Assembly (NCBI GenBank): GCA_040225955.1
Contig: JBECUL010000065.1
Coordinates: 1 to 10,860, forward strand
Origin: Candidatus Asgardarchaeum abyssi
Lineage (GTDB): Archaea; Asgardarchaeota; Asgardarchaeia; Asgardarchaeales; Asgardarchaeaceae
Direction of reading: 5' to 3'
Length of the DNA: 10,860 nt
Both the position numbers and the translations under genes were made by a program. Numbering within the stretch: the stretch's first letter is position 1; each line of letters begins with the position of its first letter. Of the stretch, positions 1-7,757 are shown piece by piece. Under the pieces are notes generated by a model. That model was not told the DNA's origin. It searched no databases and saw only the letters and a program-made list of their open reading frames with translations.

Positions 1-1
1 T

Positions 2-67
2 CGTAAGCTGAAGCGGTTCAATAATATGGCGGAATTGGGTAAGAGGGTGCTGTTGGAGGTGACATAA
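2..67 (+). CDS. 3' end of a gene entering from the left (..RKLKRFNNMAELGKRVLLEVT*); possibly an IS256-like transposase C-terminus
   Basis: Open frame from base 2 to TAA at 65-67, visibly more G-rich than the following intergenic DNA. Only 21 codons are visible, so the product is speculative. Confidence 0.3.
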   Translation, partial: RKLKRFNNMAELGKRVLLEVT

Positions 68-243
68 AAAATAAAAGAGAGTAACGAGAACGGGTTATAG
101 AGCGACGAAGTTTTTCATAGAATTTAAAATTGAACTCTTTTCTTATATACAATAAAAAATATATTTATTATTGATAAAAACTGTAATTTTTCCCAACATT
201 ACTTTTTTGACATATTTTTTTGTGAAAGATGCGATGGAAAAAG

Positions 244-259
244 CCAAAAACTTATTAAG
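244..259 (+). promoter_or_regulatory. Putative BRE/TATA promoter of the histone gene
   Basis: CCAAAAA-CTTATTAAG about 50 nt upstream of ATG 308. A GAGGGA Shine-Dalgarno-like element lies at 295-300. Confidence 0.5.
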
Positions 260-307
260 GAGAAATGCACTAAATTATTTGTATAACCTTCTCTGAGGGA
301 TAAAGAA

Positions 308-484
308 ATGGCCGAATTGATGATTTACAAGAGCAAAGTTCAAGAGTTAGCAAAGAAGAAAGGCTTCAAAGTATCAGAGAAATTCTACGATGCCCTTAGC
401 AAAGCCGTTGAAGAGCTTGTAGAAAAAGCAATGAAAAGAGCAGAGGCCGAGGGCAAAAAGACTCTTATGGACAGACACGTTTAA
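308..484 (+). CDS. Archaeal histone-fold protein with truncated alpha3 (face-to-face/HTkC-like histone), 58 aa
   Basis: Manual translation gives MAELMIYKSKVQELAKKKGFKVSEKFYDALSKAVEELVEKAMKRAEAEGKKTLMDRHV*. It shows a KSKVxE alpha1, a (K/R)VS loop 1, a long alpha2 ending KRAxAEG and a (R/K)KT loop 2, and it ends at RHV with almost no alpha3. It has an RBS, a TATA-like element and a T-rich terminator. It is absent from the ORF track, presumably because of its small size. Confidence 0.92.
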   Translation: MAELMIYKSKVQELAKKKGFKVSEKFYDALSKAVEELVEKAMKRAEAEGKKTLMDRHV

Positions 485-492
485 ACAAAGAG

Positions 493-527
493 ATCTTTTT
501 AATCCACATTTATCTTTTTTATTTTTG
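493..527 (+). terminator. Oligo-T terminator region downstream of the histone gene
   Basis: Several T5-T6 runs (CTTTTT, CTTTTTT, ATTTTT) follow the stop codon, between convergent genes. Confidence 0.5.
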
Positions 528-577
528 ATTAGTTAGTAAAATGTTGTTATTGATTTTAGAGACAAACAATATAGTGT

Positions 578-1507
578 TTATTGTTCATAATATCGAAGCA
601 ATTTAGCTCCTTCATTTGATATTTTATTTATTGATATAAACATAGGGTTTAATGTCTTTTCTATGATTTTCTTCATGCGATAAATATTTTCTTCCCTAGA
701 AAGAATAAAAAATGAGTTACCTATCATAATCATGCTTCCCATCCATCTATTCTCTTCTACGAGCTTTAGAGCTCTCCTTATTTCAACAGTTACTAAACCT
801 GTATAATTTGTAAATTTTTTTGAAAGTTCAATAAATTTATCAAGAGTTGGCTCATCAATTAATTCATCAACCAGCCTGTCGCCTATTTCATTTATTTTCA
901 TTCTACTCTTTGCGTTCATTAAAATTTGGCTAGTGGGGATGTCACCAAAGGAGAAAGTTAGAACAGATAAATCCTCAGGTGTGGGAATAAAATCAAGTTC
1001 TCCAAATCCGGGGCCTCCAGGTTTCTTTCTTATTTCAACTTTGCCATAGCATTCTGCAATCACATCGCCCAATCCAGTTCTCTCTAAAACTTCAGCCTTA
1101 TGTGCAAATTGGGCTACTTTTATAAATGAGTATTTTAAATCAAAAACGGTATTTAGTGCTAATGCTGCGCTTAATACTCCTGCCGCACTCATTCCAAAAC
1201 CAGCACCCACAGGAAAATCTAATTGATGTTCAATTTTTAAATAAACATTTTCTATAAGTTCTTTAGGAATCATAAGTTCTATCAGCCTTCTGGTTACTGG
1301 AGCAGCGGAATAATGCTCATTAATTAAGATTTCAATTTTTCCCTCTTTGGTGTTTTCTTTTTCATAAAGTGTAACCGTGGTAGTAGAACCAGCATTAAGA
1401 GAAAAGCCTGCTCCACGGGATCCCTTTTTTATAAGATCCTCTGGTTCATCATGTATTGCAAAAAAACCAGTTATATGAGCCGGCGCATATGCCACAGCTA
1501 CTTTCAT
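578..1507 (-). CDS. pok: Pantoate kinase (archaeal GHMP-kinase family)
   Basis: N-terminal APAHITGFF, GSRGAG, GHMP ATP loop PVGAGFGMSAA, AHKAEV...TGLGDV and PGGPG motifs. It lies 1 nt downstream of the panB stop. Confidence 0.92.
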   Translation of the reverse strand: MKVAVAYAPAHITGFFAIHDEPEDLIKKGSRGAGFSLNAGSTTTVTLYEKENTKEGKIEILINEHYSAAPVTRRLIELMIPKELIENVYLKIEHQLDFPVGAGFGMSAAGVLSAALALNTVFDLKYSFIKVAQFAHKAEVLERTGLGDVIAECYGKVEIRKKPGGPGFGELDFIPTPEDLSVLTFSFGDIPTSQILMNAKSRMKINEIGDRLVDELIDEPTLDKFIELSKKFTNYTGLVTVEIRRALKLVEENRWMGSMIMIGNSFFILSREENIYRMKKIIEKTLNPMFISINKISNEGAKLLRYYEQ

Positions 1508-1508
1508 A

Positions 1509-2363
1509 TTACGATCTCCCTAATCTTTTAAGAAGTTCTTTATATTCATCCTCGCTCATGAAAAAGGAATGTTCTTTTTCTGGAAATCGTTTTTCCTTCA
1601 CATCAGCAATATATTCAGATATTGCTTTCCTTATTTCATCACTTAAATTTGTATATCTCTTTACAAATTTCGGAACAAATCTTTCAAAGAGACCTAAAAT
1701 ATCATGTATAACTAAAACTTGACCATCGCAATAAGGCCCAGCACCTATTCCTATTGTTGGTATGGATACTTCTTCTGTTATTATTTTTGCTACCTCAGCT
1801 GGTATAAGCTCTAAAACTATTGAAAAAACACCAGCCTCTTCAAGAGCCCTTGCATCATTAATTAATTTTATCGCTTCGTCAATACTTTTTCCTCTAACTC
1901 TATATCTTCCAAAAATCTTAATTCTCTGTGGAGTTAGACCTATATGTCCCATAACTGGAATATTTGCATCGACTAAAGCCTTTACAATATGTGTGACATT
2001 CTTTCCACCCTCTATTTTGACTGCATCTGCTAACCCCTCTTTAATCAATCTGCCAGCGTTAATAATTGCCTCCTTTACTCCAATTTGGTAGCTTAGAAAA
2101 GGCATGTCTGCAACAACTAATGCACGTTTTACAGCTCCAGTTACCGCTTTTGTATGATGCAATATATCCTCTAATCTGACAGGAAGAGTATTCTCATATC
2201 CCAGCACAACCATACCAACAGAATCACCTACTAATATCACATCAATTCCTACTTGATCAGCTAAAGACGCAAAAGGATAATCATACGACGTTATCATTGT
2301 TATTTTCTCGCCTTTCTTTTTCATTCTTTTGAGTTTTTCAATCGTTATTTTTTCAGCGGACAT
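1509..2363 (-). CDS. panB: 3-methyl-2-oxobutanoate hydroxymethyltransferase (ketopantoate hydroxymethyltransferase)
   Basis: ITSYDY, ILVGDSVGMV, ADMPFLSY, AVKIEGG, MGHIGLTPQ and IGIGAG..CDGQVLV motifs. A GGGTGA RBS precedes the ATG. Confidence 0.97.
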   Translation of the reverse strand: MSAEKITIEKLKRMKKKGEKITMITSYDYPFASLADQVGIDVILVGDSVGMVVLGYENTLPVRLEDILHHTKAVTGAVKRALVVADMPFLSYQIGVKEAIINAGRLIKEGLADAVKIEGGKNVTHIVKALVDANIPVMGHIGLTPQRIKIFGRYRVRGKSIDEAIKLINDARALEEAGVFSIVLELIPAEVAKIITEEVSIPTIGIGAGPYCDGQVLVIHDILGLFERFVPKFVKRYTNLSDEIRKAISEYIADVKEKRFPEKEHSFFMSEDEYKELLKRLGRS

Positions 2364-2572
2364 TTTATCATCACCCTAGCTTTAAATTAATCTAGTACTA
2401 AATTAATTTTTACTTCATTATTAAAGATTCGGATAATATCCTACAATAATCTTCTAATTTTGACAATTATCCAATAAATATGTTTTACTTAACTCTTAAG
2501 ATTTTTTCAAAATGGTTATATACCCTTCCGTAACATATACTTCAGAAAAGGACTTTGATTGGAGGTCTACTT

Positions 2573-3220
2573 GTGTCCTACTACAACTTAAAAAAGGAGA
2601 TAGTAGAGACTTTCAAAATGCTCGTAGAGAAAAATATGTCATCAAGATATGGTGGGAATATAAGTATACGAACACCCGACAAAGCTGATCACTTTCTAAT
2701 TACACCAAGCGGGATTAGAAAGGATATGCTAAAACCTGAGGACATTATAGTCATTGATGACAATGGTAATGTGATTGAGGGGGCTCATAAACCATCTATA
2801 GAAATGAGACTACATCTCTCAATTTATAAAGCAAGGCCTGATATAAGTGCTGTGATACATGCTCATACAATTTATTCTTCAGCATTCGCTGTCGCAAGAA
2901 TGGATATACCTCCCCTGATTGAAGAATATGTAGTTCAAATAGGTGGAGGTGTAAAAGTTTCAAAATTCGCACGTGCTGGTTCTGAGGCTCTAGCAAAAAA
3001 TATTGTAAATGCTCTTGGCCATAGAAAGGCTGCTCTTGTGGCAAATCATGGAGTTGTAGCATGTGGGAAGAATTTAGAAGATGCTGTAACAATATTATTT
3101 GCTGTAGAGAAGATGGCTATGTTATATATTCTTGCAAGGACAATAGGAGAGCCACACGTACTCCCTCCAGATGTAGTTAATAGACTTGTAGAAATTTATA
3201 AAAAGAGAACATTTCAGTAA
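2573..3220 (+). CDS. Class II aldolase/adducin family protein (L-fuculose-1-phosphate aldolase-like)
   Basis: GGNIS, ITPSG, PSIE..LH, HAH and NHG zinc/catalytic motifs. Start moved from 2555 to GTG 2573 because GGAGGT lies at 2561-2566. Confidence 0.88.
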   Translation: MSYYNLKKEIVETFKMLVEKNMSSRYGGNISIRTPDKADHFLITPSGIRKDMLKPEDIIVIDDNGNVIEGAHKPSIEMRLHLSIYKARPDISAVIHAHTIYSSAFAVARMDIPPLIEEYVVQIGGGVKVSKFARAGSEALAKNIVNALGHRKAALVANHGVVACGKNLEDAVTILFAVEKMAMLYILARTIGEPHVLPPDVVNRLVEIYKKRTFQ

Positions 3221-3312
3221 ACTCATTTTTCACTTTAGACCTTTATAAAAACATAGGTATCTTTAAATTTAAATATTCAAATTATAACTTGAATATTTTT
3301 ATGGTGATTTTT

Positions 3313-4269
3313 ATGACTATAACGTCAAAGTACATCTTCGGCCCTGTGCCTTCAAGAAGATTAGGAAGATCATTAGGGATAAATAACATACCTTACAAGC
3401 ATTGCACGTATGCTTGTGTGTACTGCCAGATAGGAAAAACGCCATATATGACAATAGAACGTGAAACATATTATCCATGGAATGATATAGTTAACGAGGT
3501 TATCAGAGGCGTAAAAAACTTTGGAGAGGATAATATAGATTATATCACGTTTGTTCCAGATGGGGAACCAACTTTAGATATAAATATAGGTAAAGAAATT
3601 ATTAGTATAAAAGAAAACACGCTGATAAAAGTTGCGGTTATTACTAACGGTTCTCTTCTGTTTAGAGAAGATGTCCGCAATGACCTATATCATGCTGATA
3701 CGGTTTCTATAAAGGTTGACGCTATTACAGAATCTGTGTTTAAACGAATTAATAGACCTCATCCTAAATTAGAGCTTAGTAGAATCTTGGAAGGAATCGT
3801 TAGGTTTGCGAGAAACTTTAGAGGAAAATTATTAGTAGAATCTATGTTTGTTCACGGATTAAATGATAATGAAGAAGAAATTGAGAATATTGCTAATTTC
3901 ATTGCAAAATTAAAGCCATATAAAGCGTATATCGCCATACCAACAAGGCCACCAGCAGAAAAATGGGTCAAACCCGCAGATGAGAGAGCTATCCTAATTG
4001 CATATAATAAGTTTACAAATCTTTTAGGCGAACGTGTGGAATTGCTAACAGGGTATGAAGGGCCATCATTTGAAAGCGTATCTGATGACCCAGTACAAGG
4101 ATTTCTAGCAATAATATCAGTTCACCCCATGCGACTTGATTACGCATACGATTTTCTATCTAAAAGTGGTGTAGATCCAGAGAAAACAATAAAGTCTCTC
4201 TTGGAAAATAAGAAAATTATTAAGATTTCATATATGGGTTATGATTTTGTCCTTCACAAGATTAAATAA
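3313..4269 (+). CDS. Radical SAM protein of the uncharacterised FGPVPSRRLGRSLG (COG0731/Tyw1-related) group
   Basis: CxxxCxxC (CTYACVYC), GEPT and ITNGS motifs, and N-terminal FGPVPSRRLGRSLGI. Start moved to ATG 3313 because GGTGA lies at 3303-3307. Confidence 0.88.
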   Translation: MTITSKYIFGPVPSRRLGRSLGINNIPYKHCTYACVYCQIGKTPYMTIERETYYPWNDIVNEVIRGVKNFGEDNIDYITFVPDGEPTLDINIGKEIISIKENTLIKVAVITNGSLLFREDVRNDLYHADTVSIKVDAITESVFKRINRPHPKLELSRILEGIVRFARNFRGKLLVESMFVHGLNDNEEEIENIANFIAKLKPYKAYIAIPTRPPAEKWVKPADERAILIAYNKFTNLLGERVELLTGYEGPSFESVSDDPVQGFLAIISVHPMRLDYAYDFLSKSGVDPEKTIKSLLENKKIIKISYMGYDFVLHKIK

Positions 4270-4357
4270 TCACAAAGATTATTTAGATTATTTAATTATC
4301 TTTACGTTATGAAACATTATAATAGTTCTATTACAATAAGATAGCGTGGTGCTGGCA

Positions 4358-5167
4358 ATGGGGCAACTTGGAATGACTACTTGGGTAGATCCCGTATACA
4401 AAATTTATGACTTTATAGCCGCGGCTGCGCAAATGGGTTTCTCCTATATTGAGATAAAAACAGATTATCCTCTAACTACGTTAATTCCTAATGAGAAATT
4501 TAGAATTAGGATAAAACAACTTCTTGAGACTTTCAAAGTAAAACCAATAGTTCATGCACCTTACTATGATGTAAACATTTCCAGCTTGAATTCGAAGGTA
4601 AGAAAAGCATCTATTGAATCAGTGATAGACTCTATAAAGTTCGCTCATGATATAGGTGCTAAAATTGTAACTCTACATCCAGGAAATCTGCCATCGGATT
4701 ATAGTCCGTCATACTACTTGGAAAATGCCTGTGCCGCCCTAAAAGATAGCTTATTTGAAATTATCAAAGTTGCGTCTGAATACTCTGTTATAATAGGATT
4801 AGAAAATAAACAAAAATCGAAAAATCACCAAATTATATGGACGCCTGAAGACCATTTATATTTTGTAGAGGGCCTTAGTTCCAAGTGGCTTAAAATTACG
4901 TATGATGTTGGTCATGCATTTACCGTAGGCAATGATGTAGTTAGTTACTTCAAGAAGACACACATGTATATTGTTAATTTACACATTCATGATAATCATG
5001 GAGAGAGTGATGAGCACTTAGTTCCAGGAAGTGGAAATATCAACTTTCATGAATTAGTTGATGTTTTAAAAAAATATAATTATGGAGGCCCCATAATTTT
5101 AGAGGTTAAATCTATAAGTGGTTTACAGCGTGCTAAAGTGTTCATGAATAGCCTTGGAATTTTCTAA
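4358..5167 (+). CDS. Sugar phosphate isomerase/epimerase (AP endonuclease 2 / xylose-isomerase-like TIM barrel)
   Basis: VHAP, LHPG, LEN, DVGH, HIHDN..DEHL.PG.G.I and ILEV metal-binding pattern. ATG 4358 follows GGTG; the ORF track starts at GTG 4346. Confidence 0.85.
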   Translation: MGQLGMTTWVDPVYKIYDFIAAAAQMGFSYIEIKTDYPLTTLIPNEKFRIRIKQLLETFKVKPIVHAPYYDVNISSLNSKVRKASIESVIDSIKFAHDIGAKIVTLHPGNLPSDYSPSYYLENACAALKDSLFEIIKVASEYSVIIGLENKQKSKNHQIIWTPEDHLYFVEGLSSKWLKITYDVGHAFTVGNDVVSYFKKTHMYIVNLHIHDNHGESDEHLVPGSGNINFHELVDVLKKYNYGGPIILEVKSISGLQRAKVFMNSLGIF

Positions 5168-5259
5168 TATAATAAAATTCTCAAAATAATGATGATAAGG
5201 GTTATTTTAATTATAATTTATTGAAAAAGGATATTGTATGTCAACAGGAGGTTTTTGGA

Positions 5260-6762
5260 GTGATTTTTGAAAATATTGTATCATCTCCTCTAGAAGTAAA
5301 AACAAAGGCATTAGCAATCTTTTTATTCCAAGGAAAACCGTTAGATGTTTCGTTTAAACCCATTGATCAAGCTCTTGATGGATTAATTAATAATCTTTTA
5401 GAAAATAAAGAGTTCCGTGGAGAAGAAGAGGAAACATATATTATACCAACATTAGGAAAACTCAAAGCAGAACGATTAATAATGGTTGGTATGGGAAAAG
5501 AAGAGAATTTTAATCACGACACAATTAGAAAAGCTGCTGCATATTTAGTAAAAGCAATAAAAAAGATAGCTATACAAGAATATGTAGCTATGATGCCAGA
5601 ATTTGTTAATTTAGACGAAAAGACTCTGGCGAGATCCTTTGTTGAAGGAACAATAATGGGCTTTTATGACTTTAAAATATATAAAACCGAGGAAAAGGAG
5701 AAAAATAGGAAAATTGAAACTGTCAAATTAATGTGGAGTGATAACTCTAAAATCAAAAAGGCTAATGAGGGTAAAAAAGTTGGAGAAGTTATAGCAAACG
5801 CTGTTAATTATGTTAGGGACTTAGGGAATCAACCAGCAAATGTAATGACACCAAGTAGATTGGCTAGCGAGGCTCAAAAACTTAGTGAGGAATATGATAA
5901 TATAAATGTTAAAATTTTCAGCTTAGATGATTCAGTAAAGATGGGTATGAATCTTTTTTATGCTGTTGCAAAGGGAAGCAATGAGCCAGCGAAATTTATA
6001 ATCCTGGAATACAATATGAATAGAGAAGATTTGCCATTATATGCCATAGTTGGCAAGGGAATTACTTTTGACAGTGGAGGGCTTTCCTTAAAACCATCAG
6101 AAGGTATGGAAAGCATGAAATATGATATGTGCGGAGCTGCAGCCGTACTTGGCATCATGAAAGCAGCAGCTGAACTTAAACTACCTATAAGGCTTGTAGG
6201 AGTTATTCCAGCTACTGAGAATATGCCAAGTGGCTCAGCCACAAAGCCAGGAGATATCATGAGATCTTACACAGGGATTACAGTCGAGATAGTCAATACA
6301 GACGCCGAAGGTAGATTAATTCTTGCAGATGCTTTAGGATATGTTTCAAAGAACTATAAACCAAGAGCAATAATAGACTTAGCAACATTAACTGGTGCAT
6401 GTGTTGTTGCGCTGGGACATTACGCATCTGGTTTATTCACAAAGGATGATTCACTAGCTGAGAAAATAATTAAGGCCGGAGAGAAAAGCGGGGATCGTGT
6501 CTGGAGGTTACCACTCTGGCCAGAGTACTATGAGAAAATAAAAAGCGATTTTGCTGACATTAAGAATGTTGGCGGAAGACCAGCAGGTGCTATTACAGCT
6601 GCAGCATTTCTAAGTAAGTTTATAGTTAATAATGTCTCCTGGGCGCATTTGGATATTGCTGGAACAGCTTTTGTAGATAAAGAAAGAGCTTATATTCCAA
6701 AAGGGGCCACTGGCGCTGGAGTGCGTGTGATTATCCAATTCCTTCTAGATGAAATAAAATAA
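5260..6762 (+). CDS. pepA: Leucyl aminopeptidase, peptidase family M17
   Basis: GKGITFDSGG, MKYDMCG, NTDAEGRL, ATLTGA and WAHLDIAG motifs. Start moved to GTG 5260 because GGAGG lies at 5247-5251. Confidence 0.96.
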   Translation: MIFENIVSSPLEVKTKALAIFLFQGKPLDVSFKPIDQALDGLINNLLENKEFRGEEEETYIIPTLGKLKAERLIMVGMGKEENFNHDTIRKAAAYLVKAIKKIAIQEYVAMMPEFVNLDEKTLARSFVEGTIMGFYDFKIYKTEEKEKNRKIETVKLMWSDNSKIKKANEGKKVGEVIANAVNYVRDLGNQPANVMTPSRLASEAQKLSEEYDNINVKIFSLDDSVKMGMNLFYAVAKGSNEPAKFIILEYNMNREDLPLYAIVGKGITFDSGGLSLKPSEGMESMKYDMCGAAAVLGIMKAAAELKLPIRLVGVIPATENMPSGSATKPGDIMRSYTGITVEIVNTDAEGRLILADALGYVSKNYKPRAIIDLATLTGACVVALGHYASGLFTKDDSLAEKIIKAGEKSGDRVWRLPLWPEYYEKIKSDFADIKNVGGRPAGAITAAAFLSKFIVNNVSWAHLDIAGTAFVDKERAYIPKGATGAGVRVIIQFLLDEIK

Positions 6763-6786
6763 GGAATAAAAATAAGTCAGTATAAA

Positions 6787-7368
6787 CTATTGAAGAAGAC
6801 CCATTTTTATATGCTCTTCAACTATCAATTTTCCAATTATTTCAAAAGCCCTAGTGACATTTGTCCCGTACTTTGCACTCGTTTTTATAAATCTTATTCT
6901 AAAATCGTATTTTTCTTCAAGCTCTCCTAAAAAAGTAGCAATCTCAAGATTACGTACGCAATCAAATCCAGAATTATTACATAGATCAGCTTTATTTCCT
7001 ATTACTATAAAAGGCACTCTTCCAGCGTTTGTAATAAGTTCTTTAATCCATTTTTCTAGGTTATATAATGATTCTCGCCTTGTTAAATCAAAAACTGCAA
7101 GAGCTCCTTTAGCTCCACTGTAAAAGAGTGCACGTACAGATTCAAACCTATTTTGCCCAGCCAAATCACTTATTAGGTACTTTATTTTGTAGGTCTTATC
7201 TCTCTCCGGAAAACTAAGAACTACATTCTTTGTAGCGAAATCTGCACCTATGGTCATACTATAGTTAGTAGTAAATTGGTTAAACAAAAATCTATTTTTT
7301 AGGGAGGTCTTTCCAACCCCGCCATCCCCTATGAGAACCAATTTGAATATGAGATTAGCTATCTGCAT
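6787..7368 (-). CDS. Ras-superfamily small GTPase, Rab-like
   Basis: G1 GDGGVGKT, G2 TIGADF, G3 DLAGQ, G4 NKAD and G5 SAK motifs. A GGGTGA RBS precedes the ATG. Confidence 0.93.
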   Translation of the reverse strand: MQIANLIFKLVLIGDGGVGKTSLKNRFLFNQFTTNYSMTIGADFATKNVVLSFPERDKTYKIKYLISDLAGQNRFESVRALFYSGAKGALAVFDLTRRESLYNLEKWIKELITNAGRVPFIVIGNKADLCNNSGFDCVRNLEIATFLGELEEKYDFRIRFIKTSAKYGTNVTRAFEIIGKLIVEEHIKMGLLQ

Positions 7369-7690
7369 AAAATATCACCCATTATTGACTATCACCAACA
7401 ATTGCTATCTTTATATAGATACAATTTTACTAATAACGACGACATCTTATTTTATTACTGAAAAATAATTTTTGTATATTGAATTTAAATTCTTTATGCT
7501 CAGAGAATTTTTCATTTTTTATATCTTAAATGATAAATTATTATTCTTATATAGTAGAGTAGACTTCATTAAATTATGTATTTTTTTTATTTTATAACAT
7601 TGTTAATAAATGAAAAAATAATATAAAATCTTATGGTTATATTATTTTTAATCAGAGGATTTAAAGCTTTGAAGATTTTCAAAAAATTTA

Positions 7691-7706
7691 GAAAAAAATT
7701 ATAAAT
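7691..7706 (+). promoter_or_regulatory. Putative BRE/TATA promoter of cas6
   Basis: GAAAAAAA-TTATAAAT about 50 nt upstream of ATG 7758, with GAGGA at 7743-7747. The region is very AT-rich, so a chance match is possible. Confidence 0.45.
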
Positions 7707-7757
7707 CTAAATTTACAGATATATTTCTAATGTTCAATCAGAGAGGATGTATTTTTT

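Noticed and set aside
1456-2091. Plus-strand ORFs 1456..1722 and 1762..2091
   Set aside because: Antisense shadows of panB/pok with no recognisable motifs.
2796-3092. Minus-strand 98-aa ORF
   Set aside because: Lies entirely antisense within the aldolase gene.
5958-6260. Minus-strand 100-aa ORF
   Set aside because: Antisense shadow of pepA.
6854-7123. Plus-strand 89-aa ORF
   Set aside because: Antisense shadow of the GTPase gene.
7481-7492. Perfect 12-bp palindrome GAATTTAAATTC
   Set aside because: Nearly all A/T in a very AT-rich spacer; plausible by chance.
7650-7748. Near-repeat AATCAGAGGAT (7650-7660) / AATCAGAGAGGAT (7736-7748) upstream of cas6 as a degenerate mini CRISPR array; GGATTTAAAG resembles an ATTGAAAG handle
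   Set aside because: Only two short imperfect copies 86 nt apart, the second overlapping the RBS; too short and too weak to call a repeat.
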